DNA from: Spirochaetia bacterium
GTDB lineage: Bacteria > Spirochaetota > Spirochaetia > SZUA-6 > Bin103
Direction: 5' to 3'
Length of the DNA stretch: 64,000 bases
NCBI GenBank assembly: GCA_965198005.1
Contig: CBDAOI010000002.1
Location: 192,001 to 256,000 of the forward strand
The notes under the pieces are model-generated. The model was not told the DNA's origin, made no database searches, and was given only the letters and a program-made list of their open reading frames with translations. How positions within the stretch are numbered: the first letter of the stretch is position 1; each line of letters starts with the position of its first letter. The position numbers were made by a program, and so were the translations under genes. This document shows positions 8,753 to 18,492 of the stretch, in pieces.

Positions 8753-9430
8753 TCAGATCCGCTTACGCTCCATCCCCTGGACCACCATCCGCATCTGGAC
8801 CTCGGTGTTGTCGTAGGGACGCTGGTTGTGGCGGCCGGCGAACTCGTTCACGTAGCGTTGCAGGTGGGCCGGGCTCATCCGGTGGTAGGTGCCATAGTAG
8901 CCCCGCTTCATCATGGTCCAGAACGATTCCAGACCGTTGGTGTGCGCCTGCCCTTCACGTACTCGCCCAGCCCGTGGTTGACCGATGTGTGGTTCGGCAG
9001 CCCCTTGTACGACGCACTCTAATCGGTGTACACGTCCGCCTCCTGGCACCACGGCTGCGCTGATCTGGCGGGAAGCGTGGTCGCGCGCGCCCGCCACGGT
9101 GGACTTGCCGGCGGTGCCGCGGCCGCGGTTCGTCCGCTTGGAGACGTGCTTGTTCTTCTCCTTGCCGCCGCAGTAGGACTCGTCCAGCTCGACCGGCCCC
9201 CTCACAGGACTGGTCGCCCGCCTGATAGTCCCAAGCCTCACGGATGCGGTGCGCGAGATGCCAAGCGGTTTTCTGGGTCACGCCGAGATCGCGATGCAGC
9301 TTCATGCTGGAGGTGCCCTTGATCCCGGTGGTCAGCAGATAGACGCCCAACGCCCAGGTCTGCATCCCAAGGTTGGGCCTCCTGCATGACGCTCCCGTTC
9401 TTGACCGAGCAGTCGTTGCGACAGGAGCGA
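8753..9430 (-). pseudogene. degenerate IS1595-family transposase
   Basis: CRSCRNDCSV, SSMKLHRDLGVTQKTAW, VELDESYCGG, HTNGLESFW..KRGYYGTYHRMS spread over several frames. Confidence 0.85.
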
Positions 9431-9564
9431 CAGACACGGCGGATCAAATGGCCGGAGTTGCACGTAGTATGGAAGGTAGGAGACTACGATACAAGGATCT
9501 TACCGCCGGTGGCCGTCCTTATCCCAAGCGAGTGAATATCAGGGGATTGAAGGAGGTGAGGTAA
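9431..9564 (+). pseudogene. C-terminal tip of a second, oppositely oriented IS1595 transposase
   Basis: DTADQMAGVARSMEGRRLRYKDLTA. Confidence 0.65.
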
Positions 9565-9578
9565 GTGAACGACCGATG

Positions 9579-10463
9579 TTATTCGTCATCGTCAAGTTCA
9601 TCTTCGACTTCTGTCTGGTCGCCGTCAGTGGGGAATGTTCGATGAGCTAACCAAATCGGGAACGGCCCTTTGTGTTCGTCGTGAACGGCAAACTCAGGGA
9701 TCCATTCATACTTGGACAGCCCAGTTGTTGCGTCCGACGTGCGTGCGCCCAAGATTGAAAACACGTCATTCCGAAAACCGCCGCCTCTGGCGAAGTATCG
9801 GACGATATGATAGTCAGGAGTGCAACCGCTAATTCTGATTGCGGTATTATCGTCGTGTTCAGGTTGATTTACGACGCGCGCGATTTGTTCAATTGTAGAA
9901 ATTGTGTTGAAATCGAATGAAGTCGAGAAAGCCGATGGCCATATCTGATCTTCCAATTCAATCCATTTTTCTCTTAGCCTATCGACTTCGGTCGATACGA
10001 GCTTCATCAATTTGGAATAGTCTGGATAGTTGTAATCGTAGCTTTCTTCGTCTTCGTCGTCAAAATCATAGTCTACCGGGTGGTTGATAATGTCTTTGAC
10101 AACCATCGGAGTATCATCCAGAAACCACTCAACGGAGCTTGGATTTAAGATGATACGGACCGATTCTGGACCTTCTTTTTTTTGGAGATCAGATAACAGT
10201 GTTCGCGGAATTTTCAGTGCAGCATGTTCAAAAGGCATTTTCCCCGTGGTAGGCGCTGTGGGATTGCTTCCAGCATTCGTTGATGAATCAAAAGCGGCAG
10301 TCATCATATTACCTGTCGACCCAATAGCAATTCGACCGTTGATAAATATCGACTCGAATGTTGGAACTTCGATTGCTGCCATTACTAAGCCTTCTACCAT
10401 TTCCCGACGTGTTAGAGCACATGCGGCGAGTAAGCGCCGGTTGAAAGTGTATGTTGCTGTCAT
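9579..10463 (-). CDS. low-GC acidic hypothetical protein, possible divergent beta-clamp-like fold
   Basis: Long ORF in AT-rich DNA; IFINGRIAIGSTGNMM, YPDYSKLM, FDFNTI, VFSILGAR echo clamp motifs (weak). Confidence 0.6.
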   Translation of the reverse strand: MTATYTFNRRLLAACALTRREMVEGLVMAAIEVPTFESIFINGRIAIGSTGNMMTAAFDSSTNAGSNPTAPTTGKMPFEHAALKIPRTLLSDLQKKEGPESVRIILNPSSVEWFLDDTPMVVKDIINHPVDYDFDDEDEESYDYNYPDYSKLMKLVSTEVDRLREKWIELEDQIWPSAFSTSFDFNTISTIEQIARVVNQPEHDDNTAIRISGCTPDYHIVRYFARGGGFRNDVFSILGARTSDATTGLSKYEWIPEFAVHDEHKGPFPIWLAHRTFPTDGDQTEVEDELDDDE

Positions 10464-10502
10464 TTTGTGGATAGTTTTTCCTTCGACGCTGGTAGAACAG
10501 CG

Positions 10503-10919
10503 TCATGTTGTACGGTAGCCCACACCCCATATGCGCAGGAAATCACGGGCTCCTTGTTCGAAAGTACCGCCAAAATCGACCATCTGAAATCCGGATAGCG
10601 TCCAGGAAAGTTTCTCCTCATACTCACACTTCTGGTACAGAATGGGGATTATTCTGTTTGCTAAGCGCTTCTGCTGGAGAGCGAACAGCAACTCTCTCTT
10701 TACCCAGATAGACTCGACAGCGCTCGGCGATAGAACGAGCACAAACCAGTCACACCGGCGAAGTGCCGATCCTATTTCGTCATGCCACTGCTGAGATCCA
10801 AGAATGTCGGTTCTGCTGTACCACACCGGAAGCCCATGACGGCGCATCATGGCCGCCAACCTCTCGGCGAAATCTCGATCACGATCTGAGTGGGAGAGGA
10901 ATACCTCTTGTGGCAACAC
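10503..10919 (-). CDS. stand-alone TIR domain protein
   Basis: VFLSHSDRDRDFAERLA, LVLSPSAVESIWVKREL (catalytic E). Confidence 0.92.
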   Translation of the reverse strand: MLPQEVFLSHSDRDRDFAERLAAMMRRHGLPVWYSRTDILGSQQWHDEIGSALRRCDWFVLVLSPSAVESIWVKRELLFALQQKRLANRIIPILYQKCEYEEKLSWTLSGFQMVDFGGTFEQGARDFLRIWGVGYRTT

Positions 10920-10955
10920 GATTTGTTGTGACCGGTTGATGTTAACGTACGATCG

Positions 10956-11366
10956 TCAGGCGACCTGCTGGAGGGTCCGAGCGATTTCTCTGATGCCCTC
11001 CTCCTCGTTGGCGTGTTCTGCCAGCTTTATGGTCTTCAGGTTCCAGAGGATCCATGGCACGTCTTCATTCTTCAGATCGTCCGGATTTCCCACCACGACA
11101 GGTATCAGACGTTTCCGAAAACGCACCTCGCCAAGGGCATATTCGATTTCGGAGCGTACCCAATTCGAACGCATGGCGTTCGGCGTAAGCAGAACGACCA
11201 TCGCTTGTGACTCCTGCAGTGCCTGACTCACCAGGGCGGCCCAGTTGTCTCCGGGCATAATCTCACGGGTACCATCCCAGACATCCAGACCAGCTTCCTG
11301 CAGGATGTCGGCGACCCTCCGAGCGATCGCTTCATCGGTATGTGCGTAACTCACAAAGACTTTCAT
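10956..11366 (-). CDS. stand-alone TIR domain protein
   Basis: KVFVSYAHTD, IMPGDNW, VLLTPNAMRSNWVRSEI (catalytic E). Confidence 0.92.
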   Translation of the reverse strand: MKVFVSYAHTDEAIARRVADILQEAGLDVWDGTREIMPGDNWAALVSQALQESQAMVVLLTPNAMRSNWVRSEIEYALGEVRFRKRLIPVVVGNPDDLKNEDVPWILWNLKTIKLAEHANEEEGIREIARTLQQVA

Positions 11367-11542
11367 CGCATACGTCCTTTCGCGCTGTCATGCTGCCTGT
11401 CCGAGATGAAGCTTACAGTACCACGGTGCTTCCCGCAACATTCGGAACCCTCGGGACCCGCGGTGCGAGGCGCCCGCAGCCGCAGATGAGGGATGCACTG
11501 GCGGTATAGTACGGGCCGGCCTGCGGAACCGGTCGATTCTCA

Positions 11543-12487
11543 CTACGGACGTTGGGCGTCGAGGAACGCGCGCACGCGCTCGGGCACCAGCAGGTCGGGC
11601 TCGGCCAGCAAGGCCGCCAGCCGCTGCGGGTCGGCGAAGCCGTTTTGCAGCGCCGTCCGCAGCGCCTTGAGCCCCGCGTACGGGGCCTCCACCTCGGTGA
11701 GCAGAATGACCGCGCGCTCGAATTCGACCTCGGCGTAGAGGTCCCGGCGCTCGGGACTGCCGCTGCTGCCGCCGCCGCGCGCCCCGAGCGCTACGAGCGC
11801 AAGCTCGTAGGCGCGCAGGGCCGCCACGTAGCTCTCCCGCCGGGTCTCGACCCGGGCCAGCGCGACCAGGGCGTCCAGGTCGTCGGGATGCACCTCGAGG
11901 TACCGGGACAGCACGGGGGCGGCCGCGTCCGGCAGCCCCGAGTCCGCCAGCAGCACGCCGAGCTGATAGCGCGCCTGGTGGTCGCCGGGCTCCTGATCGA
12001 GCAGCACGCGCAACTCGTCCGCGGCGGCCGCGCGGTCGCCCTGTTCCCAGAGCAGCATCGCGGCGTTGTAGCGGGCGGTGACGTGCGCCGGCTGCAGGTG
12101 CAGCAACTTCCGGTACACCGCCAGCGCGGCCGCGAATCGGCCCTGCCCCTGCAGCGCAGCCGCCCGCAACTCCAGCACGCGCACATTGTCGGGCGTGGCC
12201 GCGGCCAGCAGGTCCAGGTGGGGCATGGCGGCGGCCGGGTGGCCGGCCCGGATCAGGGCGGTCGCCAGGTGGAACCGTGCCCCGGGAGCGTCCGGCCGCA
12301 GCTCCAGGGCGCGCTCGAGATACGCGATCGCCCGCTCCGGCTGGTCCAGCCGCAGATAGCCGCTCCCCAGGGCCACGTACTCGTCCGCCAGCTCGGCACG
12401 GCTGAGATCCGTGGCGCAGCCCGCCAGGATCACCACGGCCAGCACCACGGCCGCCGCGGCCGCGCTCCATGTACGCCATGCGCCCAT
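11543..12487 (-). CDS. TPR-repeat lipoprotein, copy 2
   Basis: Lipobox LAGC, TPRs; adjacent to core genes. Confidence 0.85.
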   Translation of the reverse strand: MGAWRTWSAAAAAVVLAVVILAGCATDLSRAELADEYVALGSGYLRLDQPERAIAYLERALELRPDAPGARFHLATALIRAGHPAAAMPHLDLLAAATPDNVRVLELRAAALQGQGRFAAALAVYRKLLHLQPAHVTARYNAAMLLWEQGDRAAAADELRVLLDQEPGDHQARYQLGVLLADSGLPDAAAPVLSRYLEVHPDDLDALVALARVETRRESYVAALRAYELALVALGARGGGSSGSPERRDLYAEVEFERAVILLTEVEAPYAGLKALRTALQNGFADPQRLAALLAEPDLLVPERVRAFLDAQRP

Positions 12488-12748
12488 CCGCACGCCGCAG
12501 TGTGCGCGATTCGCCGGAGCCGGGCCAAGTGCCCGTGCTCGTGGAGGACCGGATCGACCACCTGCTGGACAACCACGACCGCCGGATCGAGACGGCGCTG
12601 GCCGAATGGGGCTATATTCAGCCGCAATGGTTGAGCGACCGGAAGCGGCTGCTGCGCGCGCGGATCGAGGTGACCGGACCGGATGGAATGGCGGCGCCGG
12701 TGCGCCGGTGCCCCGGGTCGCCGCCTGAGCACGGTTGCGCACTGACCC

Positions 12749-13516
12749 ATGGGCGCCGCCGCGGCCGTCGTCTATCTGATCATCATCTTCCTGTACAACG
12801 AGTTGCGGTTGGGACTGGTGCTCCGCTGGAGCCGGCCGCGGCGGCCGGCGGTGGAGCGGTTCATGGTGCGGCAGGCGCAGCGCCTGCTGAGCACCGTCAA
12901 CCGGCTGGCCGGACTGCGCTACTCGTTCGACACCACCGCAGCCGGGACGCTGCCGGAGCGGTTCCTGCTGCTGACCAACCACCAGAGTCTGACCGACATT
13001 CCGATGCTGTTGGCGGCCTTTCGTCACCACCCGCTGAAGTTCGTGGCCAAGGACTCGTTGCGGCGCGGCATCCCGACCGTGTCCAAGTGCCTGCGCTACA
13101 GCGAGCATGCCTTCATCGACCGCCGCGGGCCGTTTCGCCGCACCCAGCGCACGCTGCGGCGCCTGGCGCGACTGGACCGCGACCCCGCGGCCGCGACCGG
13201 GTTCCCGCCGTGCAGCTTCGCCGTGTTCCCGGAAGGGACCCGCTCGCGCGACGGCCGGGTCGGTCCGTTCCACCGCGCCGGGCTGCGCGTCCTGGCCGAC
13301 CTGACCGGACTGCCGGTGGTGAGCGCCGCGCTGGACGGCGGCACCACCATCGCGCGCCTGCGCACCCTGCGCAACCTGGCCGGAGTCCACTACCGCGTGC
13401 GCGTGCTGTCGGTCTATCCGCCGCCGGCGGACAAGCGCGCGGTGGCGGAGGTGATGGACCGGTCGCGGGCCGAGATCATCGACCAGGTGGCCGCCTGGCG
13501 CAGCGGCCGCACCTGA
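12749..13516 (+). CDS. lysophospholipid acyltransferase (PlsC-like)
   Basis: NHQSLTD, FVAK, FPEGTRS motifs. Confidence 0.9.
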   Translation: MGAAAAVVYLIIIFLYNELRLGLVLRWSRPRRPAVERFMVRQAQRLLSTVNRLAGLRYSFDTTAAGTLPERFLLLTNHQSLTDIPMLLAAFRHHPLKFVAKDSLRRGIPTVSKCLRYSEHAFIDRRGPFRRTQRTLRRLARLDRDPAAATGFPPCSFAVFPEGTRSRDGRVGPFHRAGLRVLADLTGLPVVSAALDGGTTIARLRTLRNLAGVHYRVRVLSVYPPPADKRAVAEVMDRSRAEIIDQVAAWRSGRT

Positions 13517-13576
13517 CGCACTGGATGCACCTGACGCCCCGCCCGCGCCTCCGGCCCGCCCCGCCCGCGCCGCGGC

Positions 13577-14578
13577 TCAGCGGCCGGCGAGCGCGCCGTA
13601 ACCGCTTTTCATGATGGTCAGGAACTGACGCGGGTTGACGACCTGTTCCGCGATCCGGACCTCGTAGTGGAGGTGCGGCCCGGTGGACAGCCCGGTGCTG
13701 CCCATGTAGCCGATCACTTCGCCCCGTTCCACCTGCTGCCCGGGCTTCACTACCGGTACCCCGTTCATGTGCCCGTACCAGGTCACGAACCCGTACTTGT
13801 GCTTGATCACGGCAAAGTGGCCCAGGTTGTGCGGGTCGTAGCCCACCCGCTGCACCTTGCCATTGGCGGTGGCCACGATCTCGGTACCGCGCAGCCAGGC
13901 GATGTCGATCCCCTTGTGGATGTACCACCGGCCGTTGAACGGATGGATTGAAGGACCGAAGTCCGCCGTGATGTAGCCCTTGCCCGCGCTCACCGGCCAC
14001 AGCGTCGGGATATCCACCAGCAGCCCCTTCTGCGTCAGCAGTGCCTGCTCGATCTCGGTGAGCGGACCCACCGAGCTTTCCAGATAGGAGCGCAGGCTGC
14101 GCAGCTCGGTCAGGCTGCGCACCTCCTCGGCGATCACCAGCGACTCGCTCACGAACGAGGCCAGGTCGCCGCCTACCCCGCCGGCCAGATAGCCGCGCGC
14201 GTCGTCGGTGCCGACCACGTTCAGCACGCTCTCCAGCGACCGCCGGAACTCGGTGGCTACGCGCTGCAGCTCCTTGACCTCGTCGCTCAACTCCTCGACC
14301 GTGGTTTCGCTCGCGCTCAGCGAGCGGCTGGCGGCCATGAACTGCTCATTGCTGCGCGTAAAGCCGGTGGAGAGGGTCAGGAAGCCGAGCACGAGACCCG
14401 CCAGCATCGCCCCGAGCAGCGTGAGCATGAACAACGACACGCTGAAGTTGAACACCCGCCGCTCCGAATGGGGGATGAACATCACCGTTGCGCGCCGGTT
14501 GCCGACCCGTATCACCGTGCTCACCCAACCGGAGATCAGGTGCCCGATTGCGGCCGCGTGCTGCCGGAGCACGCCCAC
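13577..14578 (-). CDS. M23 family metallopeptidase (start uncertain)
   Basis: HKGIDIA, YGHM, GSTGLSTGPHLHYEV; N-terminal MFIPHSE, TM and coiled coil. Confidence 0.9.
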   Translation of the reverse strand: MGVLRQHAAAIGHLISGWVSTVIRVGNRRATVMFIPHSERRVFNFSVSLFMLTLLGAMLAGLVLGFLTLSTGFTRSNEQFMAASRSLSASETTVEELSDEVKELQRVATEFRRSLESVLNVVGTDDARGYLAGGVGGDLASFVSESLVIAEEVRSLTELRSLRSYLESSVGPLTEIEQALLTQKGLLVDIPTLWPVSAGKGYITADFGPSIHPFNGRWYIHKGIDIAWLRGTEIVATANGKVQRVGYDPHNLGHFAVIKHKYGFVTWYGHMNGVPVVKPGQQVERGEVIGYMGSTGLSTGPHLHYEVRIAEQVVNPRQFLTIMKSGYGALAGR

Positions 14579-14713
14579 GGCGCGTACTTCGGCGGCCTTG
14601 TACCATTCGCTGCTTACCGGTTGGATACCGCGCGCGCCGCGTTGACGCCGGCGATGCCCACGCGCTACGTTTGAATACGAGTCTTCGGGGCGCGCCCGGG
14701 TCCAGTCACGACT

Positions 14714-15484
14714 ATGCGATTCTTCGACACTCACGCCCACATCGGTCTCATCGACAACGACCCGATAGAGCAACTTATCATCTGCGAGCAGGCGAAACAA
14801 GCGGGCGTGCTCGGCATTCTGAGCATCTCCAGCAACCTGCGCGACTTCACTGCGGTCCATCACAACCTGCGCGGAGCGAGCCACGTCTACTACTGCGTGG
14901 GAATTGCGCCGTCCGAGGTAGTCGCCCCGGGCGACGACTGGGAAGCCACCCTGATGGACTGCGCGGCGCTCGAGCGGGTGGTTGCGATCGGCGAGATCGG
15001 ACTGGACTACTTCCGCAAGTACGGGGATCGCGACTCTCAGGTGGAGCTGTTCGTGCGCCAGTTGGAGGTGGCGCAGCGGCTGCGGCTTCCGGTGGTCGTG
15101 CACAACCGCGACGCCGGGGGGGATACACTCAAGATCCTGCGCGACAAGCTGCCGTCGCACGGCGGCGTGCTGCACTGCTTCTCGGAGACCAGCGACTTTG
15201 CGCGCCGGGCGCTGGATCTCGACCTCTACATTTCGTTTGCCGGCAACGTGACGTACCGCAACGCCCGCAACCTGCATGACACGTCGAAGCAGATCCCGGT
15301 CGAGCGCATGCTGATCGAGACCGAGTCGCCGTTCATGGTGCCGGCCACCCATCGCGGCCAACGCAACCGGCCAGCCTACATTGCGGATACCCTGGACTTC
15401 ATCGCGGAGCAGCGGCACATGCAATCCGCCGAGCTGGCCGAAATCCTGTACCAGAACAGCCTGCGCTTTCTGGCGCTCGACTGA
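14714..15484 (+). CDS. tatD: TatD family hydrolase
   Basis: FDTHAH, AIGEIGLDY, VHNRDA, GVLHCFS, LIETESP. Confidence 0.92.
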   Translation: MRFFDTHAHIGLIDNDPIEQLIICEQAKQAGVLGILSISSNLRDFTAVHHNLRGASHVYYCVGIAPSEVVAPGDDWEATLMDCAALERVVAIGEIGLDYFRKYGDRDSQVELFVRQLEVAQRLRLPVVVHNRDAGGDTLKILRDKLPSHGGVLHCFSETSDFARRALDLDLYISFAGNVTYRNARNLHDTSKQIPVERMLIETESPFMVPATHRGQRNRPAYIADTLDFIAEQRHMQSAELAEILYQNSLRFLALD

Positions 15485-15498
15485 CTGCCGGAGACCAC

Positions 15499-16764
15499 GT
15501 GCGAGTTCTGGTGGCAGGCAGCGGCGGCCGTGAGCACGCGCTCGCCTGGAAGCTCGCGGCCAGCCCCCGGGTAGCGGCGGTGTTGACCGCGCCCGGCAAC
15601 GCCGGTACCGCCGCCGTAGGCCGCAACCTGCCCGCCGTAGCCCCCACCGATCCGGCCGCCATGGTTGCCGCGGCGCGGCGCGAGCGGATCGACTTGGTGG
15701 TGATCGGCCCCGAGGACGCGCTCGCCGCCGGCGCCGCCGACCGGTTGCGTGCGGCCGGCGTTCCAACGGTAGGACCGTCCGCCGCCTGCGCCCGGCTGGA
15801 GTCCAGCAAGGCATTCTGCAAGGCGTTTCTGCAGCGGCACGCCATTCCCACCGCCGCGGCGCGCGCGTTGCGCACTGCCGCCGACCTCGACGACTACCTG
15901 CGCGCCCACCGCCACGCGGCCGCCGTGGTGCTGAAGATGGACGGTCTGGCTCAGGGCAAGGGGGTCTTGGTGGCGGCGGACCGCGCCCGGCTGGCGGGCT
16001 TCGGCCGGGCCGCCCTGGCGCGCGGCCCGGTGCTGGCGGAGGAACACCTGGAAGGCCACGAGGTCTCGCAGTTCGTGCTGCTGGACGAGAGCGGCGCGGT
16101 GCCGTTGCCGCCGTGTGCGGACTACAAGCGGGCCGGTGACGGAGACACCGGTCCCAACACCGGCGGCATGGGATCGGTGTGTCCGGCGCCGCGGGTGGAC
16201 GCGGCGCTGGCGCGGCGGATCGAAGGAGAGATCATCCGGCCGACCGTGCGCGGCCTCCGGCAGGACGGGCTGGCGTACCGGGGCGTGCTGTACATCGGCC
16301 TGATGGTGACCGCGAACGGGCCGCGGGTGCTGGAGTTCAACGTGCGCTTGGGCGATCCGGAGACGCAGGTGCTGCTGCCGTTGCTCGACTGCGATCTGGC
16401 GGAGCTGCTGGAAGCGCTGGCCGCGGGCCGCCTGCAGCGGGTGGCGCCGCCGCCGCGCCGGCCCGCCCGGTCCGGGGTGACGGTGATCGCAGCCGCGCGC
16501 GGCTATCCCGGCGCCTACGAGACCGGCCTGGCGGTGGCGTCCTTGCCCTTCCCCGGTCCCGCGGGCGCGGTGTTCCATGCCGGCACCTACCGCCGCGGCG
16601 GCGTGCTCAGGACCGGCGGCGGCCGCTGTTTCGCCGTGACCGGCCTGGGCGGCGATGCGGCGGCGGCGCGCGCCACCGCCTACCGCCTGGTGCAGCAGGT
16701 GCGCTTCCCGGGCGCCTGGTGGCGCACCGACATCGGGGCTCAGCCGACGCCGCCGGGCGGCTGA
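15499..16764 (+). CDS. purD: phosphoribosylamine--glycine ligase
   Basis: GSGGREHALAW, LESSKAF, DGLAQGKGV, GDTGPNTGGMG, EFNVRLGDPETQ. Confidence 0.97.
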   Translation: MRVLVAGSGGREHALAWKLAASPRVAAVLTAPGNAGTAAVGRNLPAVAPTDPAAMVAAARRERIDLVVIGPEDALAAGAADRLRAAGVPTVGPSAACARLESSKAFCKAFLQRHAIPTAAARALRTAADLDDYLRAHRHAAAVVLKMDGLAQGKGVLVAADRARLAGFGRAALARGPVLAEEHLEGHEVSQFVLLDESGAVPLPPCADYKRAGDGDTGPNTGGMGSVCPAPRVDAALARRIEGEIIRPTVRGLRQDGLAYRGVLYIGLMVTANGPRVLEFNVRLGDPETQVLLPLLDCDLAELLEALAAGRLQRVAPPPRRPARSGVTVIAAARGYPGAYETGLAVASLPFPGPAGAVFHAGTYRRGGVLRTGGGRCFAVTGLGGDAAAARATAYRLVQQVRFPGAWWRTDIGAQPTPPGG

Positions 16765-17615
16765 CGCGCGTCGGCGGCGCGCTGCTGGCGCCGTACCTCG
16801 TACATCAGGATACCCCCGGCGACGCCGACGTTGAGGGAATCGACGGTGCCGGCGGTCGGGATGCGCACCCGCTGATCGCACCGCCGCACCACCAGGGGGT
16901 GCATCCCGCCGCCCTCGGATCCCACCACCAGCGCCACGCGGTCGGGAAACTGCACCCGGTCGAGCGGCTCGCCCTCCAGGTCGGCGCCGTAGATCCAGAA
17001 GCCGGCCGCCTTGAGCTGCTCCAGCGCACGCGCCAGGTTGGGCACCGCCAGCGTCGCCACGTGGGCGGCGGCGCCGGCGGACGCCTGCATCACGGCGGCG
17101 GTGACCGGCGCCGCGCGGCGGCGCGGCACGAGCAGCAGGTCGACCGCGAACTGATCCGCACAGCGGGCAATGGTACCCAGGTTCACCGGGTCGGTGACCC
17201 CGTCGGCGACCACCACCAGCCCGCCGGCCGGCCGCTCCAGCACCGCCAGATGATCGGCCAGCGTAGCCGCCGGGGCGGCGCGTGCCGAGCGGCGGTCGCG
17301 CGCGGAGCGGCCCCGGGCGGGGCGGCGCCGCGACCGCGGCCGCTCCAGCCCCACGCCGCGATGGGCGCCGGTGCCGCAGCGGGCGGTAAGCTCCGCCACG
17401 CCCACCCGCCGTACCGCGATCCCGAGCCGCCGTGCCTGTTCCTGCAGCCGCCGCACGGCGGCGTTGTCGCGCGCCACCAGCAGCGTCAGCCTGTCCGCTT
17501 CGGTGCCCGCCGCCGACCCGGCCAGGCGGCGCAGCTCCTCCGCCACCGGATGCACGCCGTACAGCGCCGTCACAAGCGGCGCCCCGGTCGGTTCGGTGGG
17601 ATGGGCACTACCCAT
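16740..17615 (-). CDS. rlmB: 23S rRNA 2'-O-methyltransferase (TrmH/RlmB family)
   Basis: DGVTDPVNLGTIAR, GSEGGG, VDSLNVGVA. Confidence 0.88.
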   Translation of the reverse strand: MGSAHPTEPTGAPLVTALYGVHPVAEELRRLAGSAAGTEADRLTLLVARDNAAVRRLQEQARRLGIAVRRVGVAELTARCGTGAHRGVGLERPRSRRRPARGRSARDRRSARAAPAATLADHLAVLERPAGGLVVVADGVTDPVNLGTIARCADQFAVDLLLVPRRRAAPVTAAVMQASAGAAAHVATLAVPNLARALEQLKAAGFWIYGADLEGEPLDRVQFPDRVALVVGSEGGGMHPLVVRRCDQRVRIPTAGTVDSLNVGVAGGILMYEVRRQQRAADARQPPGGVG

Positions 17616-18492
17616 TCCGGAACACCAGCAGGTTCTGATGAATCATGGACGGGATGTAGCGGTACCGGTAGCCGTAGATGTGGAGCTTGCGCGCCACGTC
17701 ATACCAGATCAGGTTCGCCTGCCACACCAGCGGTTCGATCTGCCGCAGCGCCCCCGCCAGCTCGGCCGACAGGCAGTGGTAGACGCCGCCGCTGTACATG
17801 TCGCCGATGAACGACAGCAGGTAGCCGCCCGGCTTGAGCCGCGCGACCGCCAGCCGGAACACCCGCTCCATCGCCCGCAACCAGTCGCCCTGGTCCCGGT
17901 AGCCGGACCCCGCGCCGAACTCGCGCAGCCGCGGCGGGGCCAGCGGCCGGGCCGCTTCGCCCACCCGCTTGAAGACGCCGGGCGAGCGCGGCGCCACGTC
18001 CATGTTCCAGTAGGGCACGTCCGTGAATACCAGGTCGTACGGGCCATCGTACGGGTCCCCCATCCGTTCCAGCACCTCGGCCGCGGCGCCGGCATGGGCC
18101 GGCATCGGTTCCAGCTCCTCGCGCCGGCACACCTCGCGGTAGACGTCGATCCAGCGCGGGTTGATCTCGATCCCCTCGGCACGCCGTCCCGCCAGCGCCG
18201 CGCCCAGGAGTACGCCGCCCACGCCCATGAACGGGTCCAGCACCCGCTGCCCCTGCTTGGTGAACACCCGGATCAGGTCGGCGCACAGCTCCGGGGGTTT
18301 CTGCCCACCGTGCACGCGCCGCAGGCGGTACTGGCAGTTGGGCGGGTAGGGACGGTTGATCACCGAGCGGGTCCAGTAGAGCCATTCGCGCCCGGTGAGA
18401 TCGTTCAGGCGATTGCCACTCGAGTAGAATCCGCGGCTCCGGCCCTGGTCGTCGAACAGCTCCCGTTGCACAGGCCCCTGCCGCCGGCTCAC
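17608..18492 (-). CDS. orphan N4/N6 DNA methyltransferase
   Basis: NRLNDLTGREW, HGGQKPPEL, VLDPFMGVGG, DLVFTDVPYW; GTG start overlaps kinase stop. Confidence 0.85.
   Translation of the reverse strand: MSRRQGPVQRELFDDQGRSRGFYSSGNRLNDLTGREWLYWTRSVINRPYPPNCQYRLRRVHGGQKPPELCADLIRVFTKQGQRVLDPFMGVGGVLLGAALAGRRAEGIEINPRWIDVYREVCRREELEPMPAHAGAAAEVLERMGDPYDGPYDLVFTDVPYWNMDVAPRSPGVFKRVGEAARPLAPPRLREFGAGSGYRDQGDWLRAMERVFRLAVARLKPGGYLLSFIGDMYSGGVYHCLSAELAGALRQIEPLVWQANLIWYDVARKLHIYGYRYRYIPSMIHQNLLVFRNG

Noticed and set aside
13577-15814. 745-aa M23 ORF, and similarly the 717-aa methylase, 1246-aa TPR and 615-aa TPR calls
   Set aside because: The N-terminal extensions overlap real neighbouring genes; starts were trimmed.
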